Part shown: in pieces, positions 9,934 through 19,542 of the stretch | How positions within the stretch are numbered: position 1 is the stretch's first letter | Layout: every line of letters starts with the position of its first letter | Source: a virus | Lineage: Duplodnaviria > Caudoviricetes | IMG/VR virus record: IMGVR_UViG_3300025413_001239 | Direction: 5' to 3' (one strand) | DNA: 64,000 bases | Position numbers and translations under genes: made by a program | The notes under the pieces: generated by a model | The model's database searches: none | What the model was told of the DNA's origin: nothing | The model's input: the letters and a program-made list of their open reading frames with translations, nothing else

Positions 9934-10823
9934 ATTTTTATATTGTTTAGATTTGTAATGTTATTTTTTATCATATCATTTAATATGTTTTTAAGATTAC
10001 CTTCAACAAAAAATTTATTATAATAGTATTCATAATTATTATATACTTCTAGTGTCTTTTTTGGGATATCATCATAGTCTGACCAGACTATATAATCACT
10101 GTATTGAATTACATTTTTTAATGGTGATTCTTCACTAACAATAACCACACCATTTAATAAAGCTGGTAATACTCTAAGCTCTTCAAATGTATGGTGATGG
10201 TCCGTTTGATGAACGTTAACCATAATCTTTGTTTTATCATATAAAGCTAAAAGACATTCTTTTGTAAAACAAGTTTCAATCGTATTATTTGGTACCTTAA
10301 GTTCATTTAAACACCTTAAGATATTATCACGCCTTATATTACCATTATTCGCAAATAAAGTAATAATATCAGTCTTATTTTCTTTTGCAAAATTTATATC
10401 AAAAATAATAGGGGCGATATAAATAAGCTTATTATAAAAATCATTAAATTTACCACTAGATGAGATATTGAATATATTAGCTAAGCTATAATCAATTACA
10501 ACATCTAACGAATTGAAATAATTATATTTATCGATTCTAACTAGATAATAACCGTCAGTATGTTTAACGTTACCATAAATTAATTCATTCACTGAGCGGC
10601 CACCTTCTTTAACTAATGTATGCTCACATTGAATATCGACTTTGATTGTTTTATTAGTATTGTTAAAATTAATATTATAATTACCAATAACAACATTTAA
10701 ATTTTGTTTATTGGATAACCAAGACTTAAACATGATTACAATATAATCATAATATTCCTTTGTGTGTATAACATGATTGTTGTTATACCCAATAAAATTT
10801 GAATTAATTTGTTCAATTATCAT
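9930..10823 (-). CDS. Glycosyltransferase (GT-B C-terminal-like)
   Basis: KIMVNVH...FEELRVLPALLNGVVIVSE motif. Confidence 0.6.
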   Translation of the reverse strand: MIIEQINSNFIGYNNNHVIHTKEYYDYIVIMFKSWLSNKQNLNVVIGNYNINFNNTNKTIKVDIQCEHTLVKEGGRSVNELIYGNVKHTDGYYLVRIDKYNYFNSLDVVIDYSLANIFNISSSGKFNDFYNKLIYIAPIIFDINFAKENKTDIITLFANNGNIRRDNILRCLNELKVPNNTIETCFTKECLLALYDKTKIMVNVHQTDHHHTFEELRVLPALLNGVVIVSEESPLKNVIQYSDYIVWSDYDDIPKKTLEVYNNYEYYYNKFFVEGNLKNILNDMIKNNITNLNNIKI

Positions 10824-11611
10824 CTATCTTGAGTTGTTTCAGTTTTATGTTGAGTTCTTTTAACAAAAAACGTTGTTATACTATTATCGTAAGGATTTAC
10901 AGAATGACAATCATATTTAGGTGTTAAATTTAAAAATGAATTCCATCCAGGCCACAAACTTCTTTTATCACCGTCAATATCATTATTTTTATAATTATTT
11001 AACTCCCATAAAATTCTAGCTAAATATCTTTCACCAGCACAACTTTCTATTCTAACAGTAATTATAATATCTTTGATATATTCATATAGTTGTACACATT
11101 TTTCAGTGGCAATGATAAAACTTGAACACCAACAGAATGTTATTTTATCTAAATTATTTAATAACCCAATACTAGTTAAAATATTATTTGAAATGTCTTG
11201 AAAATCACCATCTTGATGATATGAGTTTATAGGGCATGCGGTGATTTCTTGTTCGTGTAAGGTATTAAAATCAATTCTATTTTTTATAATAAAATTATCT
11301 TGTGATAAAACAATATAATTATAGTTATTAACTAAATTATTATCCATTAGATATTTTATACCTATCTGATAAGCACCTATTTCAAATTTAGACGGCCCAT
11401 TATTGTCAAGTAAAATAACGTTAGTGTATTTTTTTAAATTATTAAAAATTTCATCCTTATATACTGAATTATTATCAACTACTAGTACTAATGAATCTTG
11501 GTAGAAACGTTGTATGTTTTGTATATAATATTCCACATAAGATTCGTAACCTCTAAAGTATTTATGAGCAATTATAAATATTACCTTATTTTTATCATTT
11601 ATCCTATCCAT
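10820..11611 (-). CDS. GT-A-like glycosyltransferase
   Basis: VLVVDNNS, FEIGAY, VLSQDNF. Confidence 0.5.
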   Translation of the reverse strand: MDRINDKNKVIFIIAHKYFRGYESYVEYYIQNIQRFYQDSLVLVVDNNSVYKDEIFNNLKKYTNVILLDNNGPSKFEIGAYQIGIKYLMDNNLVNNYNYIVLSQDNFIIKNRIDFNTLHEQEITACPINSYHQDGDFQDISNNILTSIGLLNNLDKITFCWCSSFIIATEKCVQLYEYIKDIIITVRIESCAGERYLARILWELNNYKNNDIDGDKRSLWPGWNSFLNLTPKYDCHSVNPYDNSITTFFVKRTQHKTETTQDR

Positions 11612-12423
11612 TTGTTTGAGTTTTTTAAATTGTATTTATTTATTATTTCAATATACACATCCTGTATATCAGTATATGAACCATTAGGTAAATTATTAAA
11701 CGATAGTAATTTTTGTGAATGTGTAATGTGTAAATATCTAAATGGTTCCAAACAAATAAAATAACCACAACGATAAACTTTTTTTGAAAATAACTTAAAT
11801 ATATCGTAGCGCAAACAAAATTTTTGAACATCTGGATGTTCTATAGTTCTATAATCCCTATAACCATGATTAACTAGAATTTCAATTAATGCTTCTCGTT
11901 TCCATATTGATGGATTAACGTTATATATGTAACCATTAGCTGTTGTGTCCGTATTCGATGATTTGATTAAATATAAATCATCATCATTAATTTTATCTTT
12001 ATGAGCTCTATCAAAATCATAAGCTAATTGAAAATCAATCCTGTCAAAATTGTTATTTTTAAGGAATGACAATAATTCTAATAACCTTTCATTGTCAGCA
12101 TGATAAACTATATCGTTATCATGGACCAGAAGAAAGTAGTCATAATCAATTTGTTTAATACAGCTTAGTAGTTTATTACCATAACTAAGGTTATCATCAT
12201 AAAAGACCACCTTATCATACTTTGAATAGATTTCTGTTAAATCCGAATCATTATCGTTAATAAATAAGGTTAAATGGCCTCTACCAGAAATGTAATCAGT
12301 TTGTATTTGTAATATGTCTAAGAACGAAGAATGACTATAGATTACATAGTTAATCATAGTTTCAGGGTAATCGTTTTTATTAACATGCTTAATGACTTTA
12401 TATTCAATCATATTATTTAACAT
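11599..12423 (-). CDS. GT-A-like protein, paralog of 13334-14140 (true start may be 12411 or 12357)
   Basis: Shares MINYVIY, IQTDY, FDRID, YIYNVNPSIWKR, LHITH/LHISH with the paralog; HDND acidic motif. Confidence 0.55.
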   Translation of the reverse strand: MLNNMIEYKVIKHVNKNDYPETMINYVIYSHSSFLDILQIQTDYISGRGHLTLFINDNDSDLTEIYSKYDKVVFYDDNLSYGNKLLSCIKQIDYDYFLLVHDNDIVYHADNERLLELLSFLKNNNFDRIDFQLAYDFDRAHKDKINDDDLYLIKSSNTDTTANGYIYNVNPSIWKREALIEILVNHGYRDYRTIEHPDVQKFCLRYDIFKLFSKKVYRCGYFICLEPFRYLHITHSQKLLSFNNLPNGSYTDIQDVYIEIINKYNLKNSNKWIG

Positions 12424-13327
12424 TTTTAATTTTATTTACCCAGTAATTTAATGTAATTTTATCATAATTAAAGGTTTTATTTTTAAAATCTTCTATTGTA
12501 TTTAATAATAATTTTTCATTTATTTCGGACCAATCATCGACAATTAACACTGGCAATTCTTCATACAGACTATCCAATTCAGATTTTTTAACAATTACAA
12601 TACAACCTAACATAAGAGCTTCCCAAGTTCTATGACAGTCCATACCATGGCCCATTGGTGACAAAACGAACGCAAATTCGGATTGATTCTTCCAAGTTTC
12701 TATTCTTGGAATAAATGATGGTTCATAAAATACTAAATCAGATTGGATTTTATTTATAGCATCTTTCCTAGGGTTGCCAAATTCGTTATAGGTAACAAAA
12801 TGAAAGTTAGAATAACATTTTGGTTTTCTATCAAAAAATAAAGGAGATGAAGCTTTAATTTCATCAATAATATTTTCTTGTTCAATTGGTGTTTGAGCTG
12901 AATGATGCCAACCGCAAAATTCACCAAAACTTAATGAATGAAAATTAACACCAATTGGAAATAAACTTAATTTAGGGTGAATGCTTTCAATACAATTAAC
13001 AGAATACCAATGTATAATATTCTCGTTATTTATAAACCCATTAAATGCATCAGCATTAAACATGTCGTAAGGCATTGTTTCATCACCGTCTCCAGTAACT
13101 AAAATAAATTTATATTTAATGTGTGGTAGTACGTTATACATGAATTCACTTAAAAAAGCAAACTTAACGTATATTGTACAACCATCATAACCATTTAAAA
13201 TATTATTGAAGTTATGTCTGATTCTATTAGGTTCCTTAGTATAAGTTATAATATTTAACTCATCTAATGACATTAGCATTCCTACGCTGCTGATGTACTT
13301 ACAATTTTTTATTTGTTCTAAACTCAT
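12413..13327 (-). CDS. Exostosin/GT47-like glycosyltransferase
   Basis: FVLSPMGHGMDCHRTWEALMLGCIVIV. Confidence 0.78.
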   Translation of the reverse strand: MSLEQIKNCKYISSVGMLMSLDELNIITYTKEPNRIRHNFNNILNGYDGCTIYVKFAFLSEFMYNVLPHIKYKFILVTGDGDETMPYDMFNADAFNGFINNENIIHWYSVNCIESIHPKLSLFPIGVNFHSLSFGEFCGWHHSAQTPIEQENIIDEIKASSPLFFDRKPKCYSNFHFVTYNEFGNPRKDAINKIQSDLVFYEPSFIPRIETWKNQSEFAFVLSPMGHGMDCHRTWEALMLGCIVIVKKSELDSLYEELPVLIVDDWSEINEKLLLNTIEDFKNKTFNYDKITLNYWVNKIKNVK

Positions 13328-13333
13328 ATTTTT

Positions 13334-14140
13334 TTAATTTATCCATTTGTTTGATTTTTTTAAATCATACTTATTAACAATCTTTATATACTCCTCACTT
13401 ATATCAGAATAGGATTGACCATATACTGATTTGAAGTTATTATTTAAAGGTAAAAATTTACCATTATGACTTATGTGTAAAAAAGTAAAAATATCTAAAC
13501 AATTAAAATACCCACACTCTAATTTAGATTTTGAATACAACTTAAACACATTAAATTGTGCTGCAAATATTTGAACATCGAGGTCTTCAATATTTCGATA
13601 ATTTTTATAATTAAAGGTATTTAGTAATTCTAAAAATGCTTTACGTTTCCATATAGATGGATTAACATTATAGATGTAATCCTTAGGGTCATCCTGTTTA
13701 ACTAAATAAACACTTTCATTAAGTGTATTTTTATTAATCTTGACCCATTCATTAACTTCAAGATTTATATCAGCGGAAATTAATGAAGAGTATTCAATAT
13801 TATCTGTATATTTTAAGTCAATTCTATCAAAATTGTTTTGAATTAAAAAATCAAAAAACTTTTGAATGTGTTTATCATTAACATTTAATAATATGTCGAT
13901 GTCGTGTATAAATAAAAAATAATCCAGATTTACTTGTTGAAGAGAGGTTAGTAACCTAGTTGCGTATGTGTCATTATTATTGTAAAAGATTACATTATCA
14001 TACTTGGAGTACAATTCACTCAATTCTAAGCTATTTAAGTTGATTAATAGTGTTAAATTGCCACGGTCTTCCATATAATCGGTTTGGATTCTTAATACCT
14101 CTAAATAGTCTGTATTACCATATATTACATAATTAATCAT
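13334..14140 (-). CDS. GT-A-like protein, paralog of 11599-12423
   Basis: HDIDILL (DxD), YIYNVNPSIWKR; paralogy as above. Confidence 0.55.
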   Translation of the reverse strand: MINYVIYGNTDYLEVLRIQTDYMEDRGNLTLLINLNSLELSELYSKYDNVIFYNNNDTYATRLLTSLQQVNLDYFLFIHDIDILLNVNDKHIQKFFDFLIQNNFDRIDLKYTDNIEYSSLISADINLEVNEWVKINKNTLNESVYLVKQDDPKDYIYNVNPSIWKRKAFLELLNTFNYKNYRNIEDLDVQIFAAQFNVFKLYSKSKLECGYFNCLDIFTFLHISHNGKFLPLNNNFKSVYGQSYSDISEEYIKIVNKYDLKKSNKWIN

Positions 14141-15354
14141 AAATGATTTTTTAATTTATTCAAATCTATTTCCCAAGATGAATTTAACCCATCATCTAGT
14201 TTAATACACTCATTATTCTTTATTGTTTTCGTATTATAAGTTACATCATTATTCCACCCAGCAACTTTAGTATTGCTATAAGCGACAATAATATCATCAT
14301 TTATAACATCAATAATTTCGCCAACAAAATTATCAAATTTAACTCGCATATATTTTTTAAAATCCGTGGTTTCAGTGTGTTTAGTATCGTTAAAATATAA
14401 CGTATTAACATTTTTAAATGAATACTTAAAACGTTCATTAATTTTTAAAAAATATGGTGAAACTAACGCAATTAAATTAGTTTCTTTTGGTGAAAATAAA
14501 ACATTACATAAACCACCACCAATTGCTCCAATTACTTTTTCAGCATTAGCAAATAACAAGATTTTTTCAACGGTTGACATTGTTTCAGTGAATACCTCAA
14601 CATAACCCATATCATTTAAAATATTGACCAACTCATCTTCGTTTACTAATTTACGTCTGCTAGTGTAATTGGTCCCGATATTCGCTAAATTACCATGTAT
14701 CCAGCTTCGTCTTGAAATGTATATCTTTTTTGGTGTGTTAATATTCTGATATTGAGATTTAACCAAATTTACAATGTTATTATAAAATTCATAAATTTCA
14801 TTTCTTGGTGGCAAATTTGAATCAAAATCATGAGTATATGAGGTTGAAATATACACATCTTTATAACAAGCTGTATTATCAATTATTTCAATATCATTAA
14901 GTGTAATACCAAGTATCGATAAAAACTCAAGAACAAATGTATAATGGTTAAATTTATTTGGATTTGGGTAATTCATTAACAACTTAAGATTCGGTATTGT
15001 TTTTCTTTGTTCAATATATGAAATAAGATAAGGTAACGAATCATATATAAAATGATAGTAATTATCAGTATTATAAATAAAAAAGAACATCGGAGTTTCG
15101 ATTTCTTTACTATGTGTTAACCTGTTAAAATTAATTGATACTTCATCACTTATTTTTTTAAGTGACATTGTATTTTCTTTAATTGGTTTTATAACACTTG
15201 AACCAAAAACCTCGTAAAATAATACATTTGGATAATATAACGTTTCACCTGTTGGTATTACATTAGATATTTTGTAGATACTAATTTCTCTTTTATTAAT
15301 ATCTTCGTTAAACAGTTGTTTAACTTTAATTAAATTGTCAAAATTAATAACCAT
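14137..15354 (-). CDS. GT61 (DUF563) glycosyltransferase
   Basis: NYYHF, KKIYISRR, RRKLVNE, EKILLFANAEKVIGAIGGGLCN. Confidence 0.82.
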   Translation of the reverse strand: MVINFDNLIKVKQLFNEDINKREISIYKISNVIPTGETLYYPNVLFYEVFGSSVIKPIKENTMSLKKISDEVSINFNRLTHSKEIETPMFFFIYNTDNYYHFIYDSLPYLISYIEQRKTIPNLKLLMNYPNPNKFNHYTFVLEFLSILGITLNDIEIIDNTACYKDVYISTSYTHDFDSNLPPRNEIYEFYNNIVNLVKSQYQNINTPKKIYISRRSWIHGNLANIGTNYTSRRKLVNEDELVNILNDMGYVEVFTETMSTVEKILLFANAEKVIGAIGGGLCNVLFSPKETNLIALVSPYFLKINERFKYSFKNVNTLYFNDTKHTETTDFKKYMRVKFDNFVGEIIDVINDDIIVAYSNTKVAGWNNDVTYNTKTIKNNECIKLDDGLNSSWEIDLNKLKNHL

Positions 15355-15355
15355 G

Positions 15356-16102
15356 CTAAAGTTTATTTTTATTAACCCTAAAAAATATTTCATTAGGGTA
15401 TTGATTTAAATCAAGCAATATTTGTTCCATTGGGGTATCAAACATACCCTTATAGTTGGAGTCTTTATTCTTTTTATATTTTTCACTATAAATAAATTCA
15501 CGATTAAAGCTAGAATATTTACCTATACCTGATTTAATATGGTCGTGTCTAGTATCAGATACTATGTTAATAATACCATTAGTAAATAAGTCATTAACGT
15601 AAATATTTTCTTTAAGTAATCTAAAAGTAATATCACCATCTTCCTCACCAAAACCTAATAATCTTTCATCAAAATAACCAATTTTATCAATAATTATTTT
15701 ATTAACTATGAAATGTGAGAACGACCCATTAAATTTTGTTAAACCAGTAAATTTATTTGTATTTATATGTGCATACGTTTTATCAAAAATTTCTGAAGTG
15801 TGGATTTCTATATCATCATTAAGAATTAATAAATTATCTTTATCAGAGTTAACAATTATTGTATTCCATAGTTTAGATAAGCCTCGTGTTTCTATGAAAA
15901 ATATCGGATAAACGTTAGTATACTTAGAACATAGATTCAAAATTTTTAACCTATATTCATCATCAAATAATCCATCTTTTTCACCATTGATAATTAGTAG
16001 GATTTTACTATTATCGTGTACCCTAATTTGTGGGATTAATTTTTCAATATAACCATACCTTTTTGAAAAGGTTGTTATACCAATAACAAATTTATTTATC
16101 AT
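15356..16102 (-). CDS. GT2-family glycosyltransferase
   Basis: IGITTF, LLILNDDI, GYFDERLLGFGEEDGD. Confidence 0.8.
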   Translation of the reverse strand: MINKFVIGITTFSKRYGYIEKLIPQIRVHDNSKILLIINGEKDGLFDDEYRLKILNLCSKYTNVYPIFFIETRGLSKLWNTIIVNSDKDNLLILNDDIEIHTSEIFDKTYAHINTNKFTGLTKFNGSFSHFIVNKIIIDKIGYFDERLLGFGEEDGDITFRLLKENIYVNDLFTNGIINIVSDTRHDHIKSGIGKYSSFNREFIYSEKYKKNKDSNYKGMFDTPMEQILLDLNQYPNEIFFRVNKNKL

Positions 16103-16926
16103 AAGTAATTTTTTCCAAATGTTATTAGTTTTTCATTATAATTTTGATGTATAAAATCTAAATACCCCTTTTCTATTTCTAGTCCATCGAAAATGCTTGC
16201 ATCTATATTTATACCTCTTATTAAAGATTCATCAATTTTTTGTGGGTTAAAATTCAAATTATTAACGACACCATCATATCGATTATTAATCATCTCAACA
16301 CTATGGTTATAATTAACGAATTCGTAGTGTTTATACCACAACTGTTTTATAACATAGTATTTAGTATTTATCGATTGTAAATGAATAACACCATATTTTT
16401 TACTAAAATCTTTTGGTAGAAAAACATTTGGTGTTCTAGGGGTATGATATTTAAATTCTTTCGTATTTAGTCTGCCGATATTATTAGTTGGTAATACAAA
16501 ACTCCTATAATTATTTACGTAGGATGGGTCATTTCTATAAAATTCTATAGAATAATTTACACTATTATACCAAAACAGTTGAGTATCTTTTACTTTGTAA
16601 GACATTAAAAATTCATCCCAATCATCAATAATGGATGATGTTAGAAGTTCATCAGCATCCATTGAAAATATTATATCAACATCATTCATAATACTAACAT
16701 CTATCATTTTTTGTCTTTGATAACCTTCATTAAAACTTGGTAATAAATCATTTATTATCATATACCTTTCAGGTGGTAATAATGATTTAATAACCTCAAG
16801 TGAGTTATCTGTAGAGTTATCATCATAAAAAACAAATAGGTCAACTTTATATGTTGACCATATTGGTAAAATTGCCGACAATAATTTAGATTCATTTTTT
16901 AACATTGTGTTAAAGGCTACTTTCAT
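16099..16926 (-). CDS. GT2-family glycosyltransferase
   Basis: MLKNES, YDDNSTDNS, FSMDADE. Confidence 0.78.
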   Translation of the reverse strand: MKVAFNTMLKNESKLLSAILPIWSTYKVDLFVFYDDNSTDNSLEVIKSLLPPERYMIINDLLPSFNEGYQRQKMIDVSIMNDVDIIFSMDADELLTSSIIDDWDEFLMSYKVKDTQLFWYNSVNYSIEFYRNDPSYVNNYRSFVLPTNNIGRLNTKEFKYHTPRTPNVFLPKDFSKKYGVIHLQSINTKYYVIKQLWYKHYEFVNYNHSVEMINNRYDGVVNNLNFNPQKIDESLIRGINIDASIFDGLEIEKGYLDFIHQNYNEKLITFGKNYL

Positions 16927-17582
16927 ATATTAAAATTTATTAACTTTCTTTTATTATATACACTGAAATCGTGTTGTAAATTTAATTGATTCGTTTGATG
17001 AATAATATCGTTAGTACCATAGCCCCAGTCTGGGTGTTCGTGCTTTATTATCACATCTGAAAAGTATGTTTGCTTTTTCAGAAAATTACCAACCTCCATA
17101 AATTCATTATCACAATATACCGATTTATATTCTGGGTAATAAATGTACCCAAATCTATCATAATATTTTTTACCAATTATTGATAGTGTATTTAATTTTT
17201 CACCAGAGAATCCATCATTAAACCATAAAATCCCATCGGTATCTGGATAAACCTCACGCATCTTATTTTTAATTATTGTATCAAAACCTTTAACTGATGG
17301 TATCATATCATCCGAAGCTAGTAATAATATATCAAATTCAACATTACTTAAATCAGCATTTACAGCCTCAATTTTTGTTTTATTATCACCATAAAAAACT
17401 TTAACGTTACTATATTGTGATATAAATTCTCGCATATCATCGTTATTCATAGATGTATCGTTTAAATCACATGTTACAATTATCTCATTTGATTTATCAT
17501 CCATAAACCTAACATATTTGTCCAGAGTTTTTGCAAATTTCTGTGGTCGGTTTCTAGTTGGAAATTTGATTATTAATTTCAT
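16923..17582 (-). CDS. GT2-family glycosyltransferase
   Basis: FPTRNRP, LLASDDMIP, YCDNEF, HEHP. Confidence 0.78.
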   Translation of the reverse strand: MKLIIKFPTRNRPQKFAKTLDKYVRFMDDKSNEIIVTCDLNDTSMNNDDMREFISQYSNVKVFYGDNKTKIEAVNADLSNVEFDILLLASDDMIPSVKGFDTIIKNKMREVYPDTDGILWFNDGFSGEKLNTLSIIGKKYYDRFGYIYYPEYKSVYCDNEFMEVGNFLKKQTYFSDVIIKHEHPDWGYGTNDIIHQTNQLNLQHDFSVYNKRKLINFNI

Positions 17583-17588
17583 ATTAGT

Positions 17589-18545
17589 TTAATTTTTAAC
17601 TTTTTTATTTTTATATTTTTCATCTAAATCTTCTTCGATAAAATCAGATAAAATATCAATACCATTACTAACCACTTTAGCTTTGAATTTAATAACGTAA
17701 TTTCCATCAAATTCAATAATTTTATCAACTTTTAAAATTTCATAGTAATAGTATAAAAAATCTTCGCTACCTAGAGTATTATGTGTAATAAATTCAACAC
17801 CTTTAATATCAAACATATCCATTCCAACAAACCCAGAACCAAGAGCTGTACTCATTTTTTTTACAAAGACTCTTGATGTTGGCTTAAGTTCTTCAGGATA
17901 CTTACTAACATAAAATTCAAGAAGTCGTTCTTCATCATTTATTTTCCTAATATTTAATTTCTTCGTAAAGTTTTCAATAAAGAATCTAGGAAAAAAATCA
18001 CGATTAATTTTTATAGGTCTTTCACCCTTTATTGTTGCAAAGTATTCATTAGCATTTATTTCACCATGCGTAGCAACATGGTCACCATCTTCGTTAATAC
18101 TCTTCTTAACATCGTCATAAACGACTAAATTTTTACTACTCATTGCGTCAGCACTATCCATAGCTACTTCTGAATTATCAAGAACCATTTCTAATTCATA
18201 ATCATCAAACGTATCTAATTTAACTTTATTTAATAGTACCCTATCTTCAGTATTCTTAGTTGCGTTATAATGTGAATCACCATCTGAATCAACAGTTTTA
18301 AGGGTTAATCGTAGATTTTGACTGGCCTTTAAGACCTTGTATGTACGCCAGCGTAAATCACGAACTTCACTATTTATAACCCCTTTGTTTAAGCCGTCTA
18401 ACAAAGTTCCAGTATTTTTATCTTGTTCAATCGAATTGTTAGCTTTTAATAAATTAGAATTTTGGGTTAGTAAATTTTTAGAAACATTACTAATAGCAAT
18501 AGAAAATGCAACAATTTGTCTTTTAAACCATTTTTTAAATTTCAT
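17589..18545 (-). CDS. Hypothetical protein whose N-terminus is duplicated at 19324-19542
   Basis: 318-aa ORF; first ~64 aa align with the upstream 72-aa remnant (KKWFKRQ.VA.SIA.SNVS.NL, GTLL, EV.DL). Confidence 0.7.
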   Translation of the reverse strand: MKFKKWFKRQIVAFSIAISNVSKNLLTQNSNLLKANNSIEQDKNTGTLLDGLNKGVINSEVRDLRWRTYKVLKASQNLRLTLKTVDSDGDSHYNATKNTEDRVLLNKVKLDTFDDYELEMVLDNSEVAMDSADAMSSKNLVVYDDVKKSINEDGDHVATHGEINANEYFATIKGERPIKINRDFFPRFFIENFTKKLNIRKINDEERLLEFYVSKYPEELKPTSRVFVKKMSTALGSGFVGMDMFDIKGVEFITHNTLGSEDFLYYYYEILKVDKIIEFDGNYVIKFKAKVVSNGIDILSDFIEEDLDEKYKNKKVKN

Positions 18546-18547
18546 AA

Positions 18548-19315
18548 TTAATTTTTATCTTTTTCATAAACCCATTTAAACCCACCAGCTGTTTTTCTAT
18601 TTTTTTTACAAACAGCCGAAATAGCTCCAGTTCTTATATTTAATTCACGTTCAGCTTCACCAGCATAATCCCATAATTTTATTATATTATCATCTAAATC
18701 TAATTGATAAACTTTAAGTCTTTTTTTTGACGGTAAACCAATTTTAGCTTTAGACATTTTATTTTTAGATTCATCTGAATGATTTCTACCAGTTTGTATT
18801 ATACGCATTTTTTCTTTAAAACTATTATTTCGTTTAATACCTGTTAATCTTTCTGAAATTTTCTTTTTTGTTGTTTCACTAATTATTCTATTTTTACAAT
18901 ATATTTTCATTCTTTCAGATATTGCCTTAGAATGTAATTTAGCTGATTCTGACATTTTTAACTTACTAGCTTCTGTATGTTTATACCCTAAAATACTACC
19001 AGCTATTTTAGCTTTATTATAACCAATTTTAGGGTTTGTTGCATCTAATACATCAATATAATATTGTTCACGTTCTAAGATTTTTAATTTACCAGTTAAT
19101 TCTTCTAATATTTCAAATTTAAACATTTGTGAACCATATTTAACCCAAGCGGACTGTAAATGTTTATTATAATGCTCACCTCTGTCTAATAATCTAATAT
19201 GTGTTTTTATTCTATCTTTAAAACCATCCTTTGTACTGGTTGAACTACCAATATAAATTTTATTATTTTTTAAATTTGTAATTTTATAAACACCAGTTTT
19301 TTTACTATTTATCAT
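18548..19315 (-). CDS. GIY-YIG homing endonuclease with NUMOD3 and NUMOD1 motifs
   Basis: GVYKITN...IYIGSS, EREQYYI, GYN; HTEASKLKMS and HSDESKNKMS; C-terminal CKKNRKTAGGFKW. Confidence 0.92.
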   Translation of the reverse strand: MINSKKTGVYKITNLKNNKIYIGSSTSTKDGFKDRIKTHIRLLDRGEHYNKHLQSAWVKYGSQMFKFEILEELTGKLKILEREQYYIDVLDATNPKIGYNKAKIAGSILGYKHTEASKLKMSESAKLHSKAISERMKIYCKNRIISETTKKKISERLTGIKRNNSFKEKMRIIQTGRNHSDESKNKMSKAKIGLPSKKRLKVYQLDLDDNIIKLWDYAGEAERELNIRTGAISAVCKKNRKTAGGFKWVYEKDKN

Positions 19316-19323
19316 AAATTATT

Positions 19324-19542
19324 TTATAATAAATATAACAAAAAATTGGAAAGGTCCTTAACTTCTTGGTTGATTTCTTTGTGTTTTAAAGCGTATAATA
19401 ACGTACCGTAATCTTTTTCTGTTACTTTGTCGTGTGACTTTTCAAGCGTTTCACCTTTCTGAGAAACAAGATTATTACTAACATTAGATGTAGCTATCGA
19501 TATGGCAACTAATTGTCGCTTAAACCATTTTTTTAATGACAT
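19324..19542 (-). pseudogene. Truncated 5' remnant of the 17589-18545 gene
   Basis: Homology ends at EVKDL, then the frame runs into the HEG leader and stops. Confidence 0.8.
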
